The translations under genes were made by a program, and so were the position numbers. Below are positions 48,387-58,172 of a stretch of 64,000 nucleotides of DNA, piece after piece; positions within the stretch are counted from its first letter, which is position 1, and the number at the start of each line of letters is the position of its first letter. The stretch is from positions 8,880 through 72,879 of the forward strand of contig CANGTQ010000005.1 in the NCBI GenBank assembly GCA_947456955.1. Reading direction: 5' to 3'. The DNA is from Flavobacteriaceae bacterium. Its GTDB lineage: Bacteria > Bacteroidota > Bacteroidia > Flavobacteriales > Flavobacteriaceae. Below the pieces are notes generated by a model. The model saw only the letters and a program-made list of their open reading frames with translations, did not search any database and was not told where the DNA came from.

Positions 48387-51300
48387 TTAGACTTTTTTAG
48401 CCATTTCTATGAATCTACAAAAAGGATTTGCCAATTTAATTTGTTTCGGCGATTTACAATCGGGTTCAAAAATTGAATTATTAGAAACCATAATAAAAAT
48501 AGCTTTAGCCCTTGATACTGCTACATTAAACCTATTAGGAGAATACAGAAAGTCCATACCTCTTGGTGCATCTTCTGGAGAAGAAGTGGCTACGGAATAA
48601 ATAATCACCGGAGCTTCTTGTCCTTGAAATTTATCAACTGTCCCAATGGACACATCATTAATTTGATCTACAAGTTTTTGAACCTGAGCATTGTATGGAG
48701 AAATGATTTTAATATCCTTTTTAGTTATACTATTTTCTTCTCCTTTACTTGAAATCCATTTCACATCACCTTTGGTTAACTCATTGACAATGTCCAATAT
48801 TACATCTGCCTCTTCTTGTGATGAATTAGTATTTCCTTTATGTTCAACATTTACATAGAATAATCCAGAACCTTTAAATTTAGTATTCCCTATAATTGAT
48901 TGGTTTGCCAGCTCAGGACGAACACTTAATTTTTTTTCATAGAACAACTCTGAATTTAATTCACAAATTTCAGGATGCATTCTCCAGGTTTCTTTTAAGA
49001 AGACTCCTTGTTCAGGTGCTATAGTTTTATTTCCGTTAATAACATGTTCCAAAGCAGAAACTTCTGTTCCTTCAGGATGAACACCCTGTTGAGGCTGTTG
49101 CAATTGTTGAGGATCACCCAATAAAATTATGTTTTTAGTAGATTTTGAAATAGCGAGGGTATCAATTAAAGCCAATTGACCTGCTTCATCTACAAACAAA
49201 TAATCTACAGTATCATTAAAACTTGGTGTACTCCACATAAAACTAGTACCTGCAATTAAATTTACTTCATTCAATTTTGTTTGTATTACTTTTTTATCGG
49301 TAGTAATAGTCCATGGATAAAATTCTTCACTGATACTCGATACTTTTTGGATCATATTTATTTTTAATCCAATTTTATCAGCTTCGGATTGAATTTTCTC
49401 TAACAATCCTGTAATTACTTTATGTGATAAAGCCGTTACCCCTATTTTCTTATTAGCTTGTATTAGTCTAATTATCATATTACTTGCCGTATAACTTTTA
49501 CCCGTACCCGGAGGTCCTTGAATGGAGAGAATAGAGTTATTTAGTTTAGCTGCCCAATCACTTGCCAGTTCTAATGTATCATCTGTGTTTATTACTTCAT
49601 CAATTGTACTAGGTATATTTCTTAATAATAAATCCCTAGCCGCTCTGTAGTTAGGCAAATCAGAATCAAAACCATTATCTACAATCCATTGTGCTAATTC
49701 AATTATAGCATTTTCTTTATCAACTGTTTTAATGTCATCAAAAGGAAATATAGCTATAGGATGCTCGCCAATTCTTGCGTTTCCTCGTTTGATTTTAACT
49801 TCTCTTTTAATCAAATCAATACTTTCAATTGTTCCTGCTGCATCACCATTTTGATTTTTAATTTTAGCATTCTTTTTAATCTCTCCTTCTTGATAAGGAA
49901 AAGTATAGGTTTCTATAGTACTTCTTAAAACAATTTCAGATTGACCTGTATATTGCAAATAACTCAAAGCTGTTTTTTCTTCTAACAATTCATCTGTGGA
50001 AAGATTTTTCAATCTATAATACTCCCACAAAAATGATTTCATCTCCCGGCGATACCAGTTCAACATGTGAGCTAAAATAAATTTAGCCTTATCAATGCTG
50101 GTAATTCGTTCATCACTATTTTCTGAAACGCCTTGCATTAATGCATCGAAGATGGGTTTTATTCTTTCCATATGAGCATTATTTTTTTCATTTGCTTCAC
50201 CTGGTTTAATTTCAGGTCTCGTAATTACAACCCCTTTATCAATCAATTCTTTTCTTAAAGACTCTAACCATTTATGTAATCGTTCTGTACTTATACAATC
50301 ATCTTGATTGTATAATTGAATACCGTCAATCATTTCTTGGGTAATCTCTTCAAACTTTTGAGTTTCTAATAAAAATTCATATTCTGCCTTTATTTTAGAC
50401 AAGGCTCTTAAATCCATTTCCCTAGTATATCCAAAAAATTTCTCTAAATCTTTAATTGAATATTTTTCTACACTTGCTCTAACGGATTGTCTTACTACAC
50501 CGTATAAATCAATAAATTTACCGGCTCTTAAATAGGAATCTATTTCCGTTTCACAAGTAGCATATTTACTCATCAATCGTTTAAAAGCAGTCTTTTCATA
50601 AGGGGCATAATGATAAATATGCAAGTGCGGTTCTTCAACTAATTTAGCCTCTGCAAATGAGATAAATGTTTCAAATGCTACTTTTTCTTCCTCTTCATTT
50701 TTTGCCCAAATGGGATAATATTTACCTTCACAGTACCATCCAAATAGATATTCTAGACCTCCTGGCTCTATCATTGGATCTCCTTCTAAATCCAAATAAA
50801 TATCGTGTTTTGTCGGTTCAGGAAGTTTATTAAACCCCATTTCAACTTCTACAGCTAATGTTTCATATATGTTACGAGATTCTACTCTGCCTTTGTATTG
50901 AACTTTGGCTTGTTCTCGTAATTTTCGGTAAGTATCTATGGCACCTTTTGTTGGAGTGAAATCAACAGGAATCTCCCAATTGGCAAAGCCTTCAAGAGTG
51001 TTAATTTGATGGGATTTGACCTCTTTTATCTGTGCTGTTCCCATACCAGCAACAAAGCCGAGATGATCATCTTTACGTCTTCGCTTATTACAATCCTCCC
51101 ACCAATTGCATATATCACAATGAGTAATAGGCTCAGGGTAAGTATCTTTTTCAATTTCGATACTATCTATCAATCGTTTTTTTGCTAATCTTACAAATGA
51201 AATATAATCATCAACTCTATATTCTATTTTGCACTCAGGATTTTGTACCCACATTTTTTCAGGCATCTTTCCCTGAATAACACCTATTTTTTCTGAATAA

Positions 51301-51746
51301 AGTGCAATTTGTAAAATTGTGCCGGCACGAGTTTCAGTGGCTAATTTAGTATCTAAAACTTCGTATGACCAATTTCCTAACTTGCTTGGTGTATCTACTT
51401 TTAAAATAAAATCAGCCCAACCACCCCAAATTCCATTTTCAACTAATCGTGCTTGATATATAACATCAACACCATTCTCCATAGCGGAAATGGTATCTTG
51501 TTCAGTATTGCTATTCTCTTGATTGATTTCAACAATAGATTTACCCTCAAGACGTAATTGTTGTAAAAAGGATTCTTCAAATTTTAGTCCTCTTTCTCGC
51601 AACATATCTAAAACTCTATTCTGATATACTGGCTTTTTCAGTTCCCCTAAAGCAGCTTTTTTATTCAAATTAGTTAAATGTTTGCAACTAATGTGATTGG
51701 CTAAATCAGATGGGGAGAATATTATATTATCATTTACTTTTTTCAT
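48387..51746 (-). CDS. TM0106-family RecB/Cas4-like nuclease fused to SF1 (Upf1/DNA2-like) helicase
   Basis: 1119 aa. N-terminus FSPSDLANHISCKHL, PD-(D/E)xK ADFILKV...YEVLDTKLA, Cys cluster HCDICNWWEDC. Middle segment IYLDLEGDP (RNase-H-like). C-terminus Walker A GPPGTGKSYT, Walker B VDEAGQ, LGDPQQL, ISPYNAQV, TVDKFQGQE, NVAVSRAK. Confidence 0.88.
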   Translation of the reverse strand: MKKVNDNIIFSPSDLANHISCKHLTNLNKKAALGELKKPVYQNRVLDMLRERGLKFEESFLQQLRLEGKSIVEINQENSNTEQDTISAMENGVDVIYQARLVENGIWGGWADFILKVDTPSKLGNWSYEVLDTKLATETRAGTILQIALYSEKIGVIQGKMPEKMWVQNPECKIEYRVDDYISFVRLAKKRLIDSIEIEKDTYPEPITHCDICNWWEDCNKRRRKDDHLGFVAGMGTAQIKEVKSHQINTLEGFANWEIPVDFTPTKGAIDTYRKLREQAKVQYKGRVESRNIYETLAVEVEMGFNKLPEPTKHDIYLDLEGDPMIEPGGLEYLFGWYCEGKYYPIWAKNEEEEKVAFETFISFAEAKLVEEPHLHIYHYAPYEKTAFKRLMSKYATCETEIDSYLRAGKFIDLYGVVRQSVRASVEKYSIKDLEKFFGYTREMDLRALSKIKAEYEFLLETQKFEEITQEMIDGIQLYNQDDCISTERLHKWLESLRKELIDKGVVITRPEIKPGEANEKNNAHMERIKPIFDALMQGVSENSDERITSIDKAKFILAHMLNWYRREMKSFLWEYYRLKNLSTDELLEEKTALSYLQYTGQSEIVLRSTIETYTFPYQEGEIKKNAKIKNQNGDAAGTIESIDLIKREVKIKRGNARIGEHPIAIFPFDDIKTVDKENAIIELAQWIVDNGFDSDLPNYRAARDLLLRNIPSTIDEVINTDDTLELASDWAAKLNNSILSIQGPPGTGKSYTASNMIIRLIQANKKIGVTALSHKVITGLLEKIQSEADKIGLKINMIQKVSSISEEFYPWTITTDKKVIQTKLNEVNLIAGTSFMWSTPSFNDTVDYLFVDEAGQLALIDTLAISKSTKNIILLGDPQQLQQPQQGVHPEGTEVSALEHVINGNKTIAPEQGVFLKETWRMHPEICELNSELFYEKKLSVRPELANQSIIGNTKFKGSGLFYVNVEHKGNTNSSQEEADVILDIVNELTKGDVKWISSKGEENSITKKDIKIISPYNAQVQKLVDQINDVSIGTVDKFQGQEAPVIIYSVATSSPEDAPRGMDFLYSPNRFNVAVSRAKAIFIMVSNNSIFEPDCKSPKQIKLANPFCRFIEMAKKV

Positions 51747-51814
51747 GCGATTATTTTATTTTATAAGAGCTAACTATCTAATTAATATAATTTAAGCTAA
51801 ATTTACTTTTGATT

Positions 51815-53185
51815 TTACTTTATTAACTCATATCCTTTAGCACTTACTACTACTATTCTATTTTCGGCTGTTTTTATAAGTTTTTCCATTTTAGTTAATT
51901 TGGTTTCGATTTTTACTAATTCTCTATCTTCAGTATACTTTGTCAAATCATAACAAAACAATTCTTCAGTGGTTAACAAGTACAAATTATCTTCCACAAT
52001 AAAAAAGTCCCTTAAAGAATGTTTTAAAATAATTCTATTATTCCACTCCTTCTCTTCTTCTAAGTATAAATCATATTCTTCTTTACCAATTCGAATTAAC
52101 TCGTCTTTTTCCTCTTGTGATTTATTATTCCACTCTTCTATACTGGCAAAAAAATAATCAGACTCATTAAATTCATTTTCATTTTTAGGGTTAGCTAATT
52201 CATCAAGAATTCTTAATCTTTCTCTTTCTTGGTATTCTTCTTCCCATTTGCGTTTCATATATAAAGGTTCCCGCTCAGGTTCATTTGGGTTAAAATAATT
52301 CTTTTTACCCTCTTTATTATTTATTTCAGCAGTAAAATCAGGGCTATAAAATGATTTTGTTTTATTTTTTGATTGCAATTCTAGAAATTCTTCTACTGTG
52401 TAAGAATCAATTGCTTCATCTTTTAAAGGATGTGCTAAATCATTATCATCACAACAAGATTCTGGTTTGATTTCAGTTGATTGTCTGTACTGTACTGACT
52501 CTTCTGACTCATCTAAATATTCTATCTTTATACTCGTTTCACCAAAAATGGTCAAATGTTGGGCACAACCAAAACTACCAACTGTAGATGATTTGATTCC
52601 TAACCATTTTTCATTCCCATCTCCTTTTACAATATGCTCGTATGTGCCATTATCAGGGAGATTAATTGTATTGGTATGAATTGGAACCCTAGGATTTGAA
52701 ATGTCAAATTCAAAAATATACTTAGGAAACACTATATTGTCTAATAAAATCAACTTATTACCTACAATAACAATATCATCAATTGCTTTGTTTTTTACAG
52801 CTACTATAGGTAAATTAATTTGTTTGAATTTAAAGTCAACTTGACTTAAGTCTAATAAAGAGCAAAGCTCTCCTAAATCGTTCTTTTTCTTTTTATAGGT
52901 TCCTCCCAGGTATACCACATCTCCTTTTATGGCAATCGAACTAAAATTAAATTGATTATTAAAACCTATGTACTCACCATTTTCTCTATACATTTTTAAA
53001 GCCTTTTCTTTAAAGTTGATAGAAACAAATATTTCATGTTTTTGACAATAAACGGTCTTGGAAACATAAGGAATATCAATTGGTCCTAAGTTTACAATTT
53101 GATTATTCTCTATTGTAGCAATAACGCTTTGTGTTTTTTGCGGGATTACAAATAGGTTTTTCATAAAGATTCTATTCAATTTCAA
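51815..53185 (-). CDS. Hypothetical protein (orphan, 456 aa) translationally coupled to sbcC
   Basis: ATG overlaps the sbcC stop by 14 nt (alternative ATG at 53164). Beta-rich N-terminal half and C-terminal about 70 aa are separated by an acidic KE-rich insert (WEEEYQERERLRILDE...EEEKEWNN). Confidence 0.6.
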   Translation of the reverse strand: MKLNRIFMKNLFVIPQKTQSVIATIENNQIVNLGPIDIPYVSKTVYCQKHEIFVSINFKEKALKMYRENGEYIGFNNQFNFSSIAIKGDVVYLGGTYKKKKNDLGELCSLLDLSQVDFKFKQINLPIVAVKNKAIDDIVIVGNKLILLDNIVFPKYIFEFDISNPRVPIHTNTINLPDNGTYEHIVKGDGNEKWLGIKSSTVGSFGCAQHLTIFGETSIKIEYLDESEESVQYRQSTEIKPESCCDDNDLAHPLKDEAIDSYTVEEFLELQSKNKTKSFYSPDFTAEINNKEGKKNYFNPNEPEREPLYMKRKWEEEYQERERLRILDELANPKNENEFNESDYFFASIEEWNNKSQEEKDELIRIGKEEYDLYLEEEKEWNNRIILKHSLRDFFIVEDNLYLLTTEELFCYDLTKYTEDRELVKIETKLTKMEKLIKTAENRIVVVSAKGYELIK

Positions 53186-56100
53186 TTGTGCTATATCCGG
53201 CGCCCGTTTTTAATAATTTTATTTTGGTCCCTATTCGATCTTTTAATTCGCCCACATGCGAAATTATCCCAATAGATTTATTGCTTTCATTTTGCATATT
53301 TTCGAGGATTGTAATGGCTTGGTCTAGAGATTCTGGATCTAGAGAACCAAATCCCTCATCTATAAATAATGATTCAATATTAACATTACGAGCAGCTAAA
53401 TCGGATAACCCGAATGCTAATGCCAAACTCAACTTAAATGTTTCCCCACCTGATAAAGAAGTTACACTACGTTTTGAATTACCCATGTATGTATCGATAA
53501 CCTGTAAGGCATCTGAATCATTAGCAACTTCCAATAAATAGCGGTCAGAAAAGCCAGCTAATCTTTTATTACCGTATTCGATAAGTTGGCGCAATGTTAA
53601 ATCTTGAACAAAATTGGAGAATTTTTTTCCTTGACCGTCACCAATAAGTGCATTCATTTTACTCCATAAACTTAAATCTTTGAGCAAAGCATCTAGTGTC
53701 TCTTGACTTTTTTGGAGTCTTTGTTTATTTTCTTCATTTACTTTGATTTTTTGTTCCTGGTCCCAAATGTGTTTTTGGAGTTCGGATATTGCCTCTGACA
53801 ATTTTGGAAGCAATTCAATTAATTCATCTAAAGTAATAGAAGTATCGTCTAATTTGTTTTCTTCTTCTAAAATTTGATCTGTTGCAGTTATAGTTGTTTT
53901 TAAAGCTACTTCGCGAGTTTTTATTTCAAGAGATTCACTACGGATTTCTGCCGCTTTTGTTTCGTCTAATAATTTAGCCTTTAATTCTTCCAATGACTTA
54001 ATCCCTTTTGATTCTAATTTAGAAAATAGAAATTCGGATAAACTTTTATGAGTGTCTATTGCAATTTTTAGATTTTCTTGATTTGCTTTAATTTGCAAAC
54101 TCAACCCCTTTATAGAAGAATTACATAGTACAAAGTTTGTTTTTAATGTATTTACTTCTGTATTGATGTCATTCCCATTATAAATTGAATTACGAATATC
54201 TTTTGCTTTTATATATTCTTTATTTAAAAGCAAATGGTTATTATAGGTATTTTTTAAATCTTCTAAACCTTTAAATGCTTGAAACTTTTTTTCTAATATA
54301 TCCAGTTCACTTTGCTTTTCTTGATAAGTTGTAAGCCCTGCTTCCCATTCCACAATTAGAGAATTCAAATTCCAATTTAGTTGATCGCAAAGTGTTTTAA
54401 CATCAGTTTCTTGGCTAATAAAATCGGTAGATTGTGTTTTTAGTTTATCAGCATCTGTCACGCCTAATTCTTTCAAATTTGTAATATTCCCAATTAATTT
54501 AAAGTGTTCCTTTTGATACGTATTTAACTCAGAAGATAATACTTCCCATTTTTCTTGTAAGGCATTGATTAATGCTTCTTCAATATTTTCAGAATATGGA
54601 TGGCTTTCCGAACCACACAAAGGACATGGTTTACCCTCTTCAAGTTCACTACGATGCTGGTCTAAACTCTTGCGACTTTTCCAATCTTCCAATTCTGCAG
54701 CTGCTATTTTAACTTTTGGTTCTACTACCTCTATTTTTGTTTTTAATTGTTTTTCTTCTTCAATTGCTTCAGCTAATTTTTCTTTTTGGGAAGCAATGTT
54801 TTTGGTTAGTGATTCTATTGCTTCTTTTTTTGAATCATATAATTTTCGTTTGCTTATTAATTGGGTTGCTGGTAAAATTAAATTTGCAAATTCTATTTTT
54901 TTAGACAAAACCTCTTCTATTGTACATAATCCACTTTGCTTTATTAATATTGAAATTGAATTTATTTCTTCCTGAATTTTTTCATATAATTCTTCATTTA
55001 TCTTTAATAAAATTCCAAAAGGAACAAGAAATTCTAATTTGTCTTTTAATCTTTGAAATTCCTGCTCTGTTTTTGAAAGTTTTGATTGCTCATCATTTTG
55101 CAAGGCAACAACTTGCTTTAAAAACGAATCCAATTCTAATTCAAAATCTGTTTCGGTAATTGTTTTACCAATTAATTTCGATGCCAAAACAATATTGGCG
55201 GCCTTTTGATTCTCAAAAGTCCTACGATTCTCATCTAAAGTAAATATAGTTTCAGAAAGTTTTGATGCAGTATTCTTATACTGTTCTATTTGATTCATTT
55301 CATCACGAAAAACAACTAAATCGTCATGTATAACCAACTTATTTTCTTGGGATGCAAATGCTTTTTGCAGTTCTAAAAATGCAGCCCAATCAGCTTGATT
55401 TTTTTCTTTTATTAATTGATTTTTTTGAATACTCTCTTTAATTACTTTTTTATCATTAAAAGATTTATGTTTGGTCTTTTCTACTTCCAACAATGGCATA
55501 TTCGTATTAATGTCAGCATTAATTTTGTCAATTTCTTCTTGTTCCAAAAGAACGGTTTCTCCCATCTTAGTTTTTTGAATCTCAACCGATTCTTTTACTT
55601 CCCTATACCGTTCAAAAACCAATACACCAATTCTTCGATAGACAGAAGAACCTGTGATCTTTTCTAAAATTAAATTGCGTTCATCTTTCTTTGCCAATAA
55701 TAATTTAGAAAATTGACCTTGAGCCAAAATCATAGACTGGACAAATTGATCGAAATTCAATCCAATTATTTCTTCATTTTTCTTAACAACATCCTTTATT
55801 CCAGAGACAATAATTGCATTTGTTTCAACGTTCGTTAAATCTTGTTTTCTACTATCTAGGGTACCTGTTCTTGTCCGTCTAATAGACCAATTAGAACGGT
55901 ATTTTATTCCTTTGACTTCATATTCAATTTCAGCAAAACAGTCAAGTGCATTTTTAGTCAATATAACTCCTTCTTTTTCTATTATTGATTCAGTAATTGC
56001 TGAATCAATTCTAGGAATTCTATTGAATAATGCTAAGGTAATTACATCCAAAATAGATGATTTTCCGGTACCTGTAGCACCCGTAATCACAAAAAGTCCA

Positions 56101-56189
56101 GATTCGCCAAGAACTCCATTTTCAAAATCAATTTCGTGTTCTCCTTTTAGAGAATGTATATTTTTAAATTTTACTTTACAAATTTTCAT
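53172..56189 (-). CDS. sbcC: SbcC/Rad50-family ATPase
   Basis: 1005 aa. Walker A ITGATGTGKSS, long coiled coil with zinc hook GKPCPLCGS, signature SLSGGETF, Walker B LFIDEGFGSLD. Confidence 0.9.
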   Translation of the reverse strand: MKICKVKFKNIHSLKGEHEIDFENGVLGESGLFVITGATGTGKSSILDVITLALFNRIPRIDSAITESIIEKEGVILTKNALDCFAEIEYEVKGIKYRSNWSIRRTRTGTLDSRKQDLTNVETNAIIVSGIKDVVKKNEEIIGLNFDQFVQSMILAQGQFSKLLLAKKDERNLILEKITGSSVYRRIGVLVFERYREVKESVEIQKTKMGETVLLEQEEIDKINADINTNMPLLEVEKTKHKSFNDKKVIKESIQKNQLIKEKNQADWAAFLELQKAFASQENKLVIHDDLVVFRDEMNQIEQYKNTASKLSETIFTLDENRRTFENQKAANIVLASKLIGKTITETDFELELDSFLKQVVALQNDEQSKLSKTEQEFQRLKDKLEFLVPFGILLKINEELYEKIQEEINSISILIKQSGLCTIEEVLSKKIEFANLILPATQLISKRKLYDSKKEAIESLTKNIASQKEKLAEAIEEEKQLKTKIEVVEPKVKIAAAELEDWKSRKSLDQHRSELEEGKPCPLCGSESHPYSENIEEALINALQEKWEVLSSELNTYQKEHFKLIGNITNLKELGVTDADKLKTQSTDFISQETDVKTLCDQLNWNLNSLIVEWEAGLTTYQEKQSELDILEKKFQAFKGLEDLKNTYNNHLLLNKEYIKAKDIRNSIYNGNDINTEVNTLKTNFVLCNSSIKGLSLQIKANQENLKIAIDTHKSLSEFLFSKLESKGIKSLEELKAKLLDETKAAEIRSESLEIKTREVALKTTITATDQILEEENKLDDTSITLDELIELLPKLSEAISELQKHIWDQEQKIKVNEENKQRLQKSQETLDALLKDLSLWSKMNALIGDGQGKKFSNFVQDLTLRQLIEYGNKRLAGFSDRYLLEVANDSDALQVIDTYMGNSKRSVTSLSGGETFKLSLALAFGLSDLAARNVNIESLFIDEGFGSLDPESLDQAITILENMQNESNKSIGIISHVGELKDRIGTKIKLLKTGAGYSTIEIE

Positions 56190-56212
56190 AATGATGAATT
56201 GAGCTTATTGAA

Positions 56213-57430
56213 TTATTCTATTGAAGTTGAATCACCTATTTTTTCCAAGATTTCTTTAAATGCAAAAATTAATTCTTCTGTATTTTCTAAAGAATCATCT
56301 TGTTCCAATCGCTTTTCAAACAATTGAACAGGTGAAAAATCGCCAATATCTTCACCTGCGTTAAGCAAAACAGAAGTGCCTACTAACTTGTTTTTAAAAT
56401 TAATACGTCCTTTCAAAATTTGGAAGCCTTTTTGTGCTTCGGCTGTTAAAAGTTCCTCCAACATTCGAATATGCTCTATATTTTCATTTTCCTCTTCAAT
56501 TAAAAGCTCTATCAAATCAGTCAGAGGCGATTCTGTATTATACGACTCGAGACTGTATTTAACTTCGGCTAAAGTGCCTTCCATACGAATCAACTTTCTG
56601 AATTTAGGAATTTTGATAGAAGAAATTTCAAAATTATCTCCTTGAAGTTCTAAAATTACGACTTCCTTTTGGTCATCTTTTTCACTAAAACTTAATTGAA
56701 TGGGTGAACCACTATAACGGATGTGATCCAGGCCAACAATTTGAGGTTTGTGTATGTGACCTAAAGCAACATAATTTGGTGTATCTCCGAAAATTTTAGC
56801 CTCTACTCCTGCTTGATTACCTATTTGGATTTCTCTTTCACTTTCAGACACTATCGCGCCTTGAGCATATAAATGAGCCATTACTATAAATGGAATTCCT
56901 TTATAATTTATGGAATAATACTCATTTACCTTAGCAAAATAATTTGCAATACCACAACGAATTAATTCAATTTTATCTTCATATGATTCACCAGGAAGTG
57001 CATTTCTAATATCTTTATCTCTCAAAAAAGGAATGGCAGCTACAACTACCTTTTGATTGTCAATTTCAATTTCAACAAATAATTCAGAAATATCATTAGG
57101 TACACCGCCCACAACTTTGATTTCTAAAATTTCTAGAAGTTCTTTTGGTGCATTTATAACATGGGGAGAATCATGATTCCCTCCTGTTAGTATTACCTTA
57201 CACTTTAATGGTAATAGCTGCTTTAAAAAGGAATAATACTGTTTCATTGCCGCTTGAGAAGGATTGGCTTGGTCAAACAAATCACCTGACATTAACAATA
57301 CATTGATATTGTTTTCTTGAATAGTATTAATTAACCATTCAAAAAAAAGATCCATATCATCTGAAAAATCAACTTTTAACAATTGTTTTCCAATATGCCA
57401 ATCGGCAGTGTGTAATATTTTTAATCTCAT
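56213..57430 (-). CDS. sbcD: SbcD/Mre11-family nuclease
   Basis: HTADWHIG, SGDLFD, GGNHDS, MAHL, GHIH calcineurin-like phosphoesterase motifs. 405 aa. Confidence 0.9.
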   Translation of the reverse strand: MRLKILHTADWHIGKQLLKVDFSDDMDLFFEWLINTIQENNINVLLMSGDLFDQANPSQAAMKQYYSFLKQLLPLKCKVILTGGNHDSPHVINAPKELLEILEIKVVGGVPNDISELFVEIEIDNQKVVVAAIPFLRDKDIRNALPGESYEDKIELIRCGIANYFAKVNEYYSINYKGIPFIVMAHLYAQGAIVSESEREIQIGNQAGVEAKIFGDTPNYVALGHIHKPQIVGLDHIRYSGSPIQLSFSEKDDQKEVVILELQGDNFEISSIKIPKFRKLIRMEGTLAEVKYSLESYNTESPLTDLIELLIEEENENIEHIRMLEELLTAEAQKGFQILKGRINFKNKLVGTSVLLNAGEDIGDFSPVQLFEKRLEQDDSLENTEELIFAFKEILEKIGDSTSIE

Positions 57431-57441
57431 AATTTATAATC

Positions 57442-58071
57442 TTACCATGGTTTTATTTTCATATAATAATCCAAAAATGCTTTTACTAATAAGTCGGTTG
57501 GAGTTTCAACTTTTAATGTTTGACTAAAAATAACTAACTCTTGTGCAATACGAATGACTTCCTTTCTGGCGACTATATCTTTACATCCAGAAACATCATA
57601 ATGCCAACCAAACTTTATTAAATATTCTTTAAATCGATGACGCTCTTCGGGCAAATAGAAAAACCTATTATAATCCAACACATCAACATCATATAAAATT
57701 TGTTCTTCCAAAAGTTTGTCATTATCTTTTAATATCATAATAGATGTTTTATAAGCATATTCACTATCAAAACCTTTTCTACTTAAATAACTGTAGCATA
57801 TTCTAGAACTCTTAAATTCCCATAAATCCTCTCCATTATCTTGTCGTGCGGAATCATGAAATAAAATAGCGTAAAATGATTTTTCAATATCAATAGTAAC
57901 TTTATGCTTTTTATAATAGCAATACATCAAATCTGCCAAAAGTAAACACCTTATAATATGAAATCTACCATGAAAACTTTCTAAATCAAAAGTTTCTTCA
58001 TGTTTTTGATATAAAGACGCTATTTCATCTTTAAAGAAATTAAGGGCATTATTTAATTGTGATGATACCAT
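57442..58071 (-). CDS. HD-domain-like phosphohydrolase (uncharacterised)
   Basis: 209 aa. H...H (FHGRFH) then LFHDSAR (HD dyad) and a later DVDVLD. Stop is 11 nt before the sbcD start. Confidence 0.55.
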   Translation of the reverse strand: MVSSQLNNALNFFKDEIASLYQKHEETFDLESFHGRFHIIRCLLLADLMYCYYKKHKVTIDIEKSFYAILFHDSARQDNGEDLWEFKSSRICYSYLSRKGFDSEYAYKTSIMILKDNDKLLEEQILYDVDVLDYNRFFYLPEERHRFKEYLIKFGWHYDVSGCKDIVARKEVIRIAQELVIFSQTLKVETPTDLLVKAFLDYYMKIKPW

Positions 58072-58172
58072 TTAAATCATTTTTTTTGTTTATGTATAAT
58101 TGAAGCTTACAATTTTAAGCAATAATGTTGTTTTAAAAATTTTAATACAATTATAGTTATCAATTACTTTAA

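Noticed and set aside
53188-56202. Six plus-strand ORFs (53188..53541, 54565..54975, 54716..54904, 54920..55159, 55416..55667, 55912..56202) antisense to sbcC
   Set aside because: These are low-complexity, Leu/Phe/Ile/Ser-rich shadow ORFs opposite an AT-rich coiled-coil gene. They have no motifs, and sbcC is strongly supported.
53172-57430. Calling the SMC-like ATPase a Lamassu LmuB or Wadjet JetC type defence ATPase
   Set aside because: It is paired with a canonical Mre11-type SbcD, has SbcC-typical length, a CPLC zinc hook and an ABC signature. A housekeeping SbcCD identity is the simpler reading. Only the extra partners are flagged.
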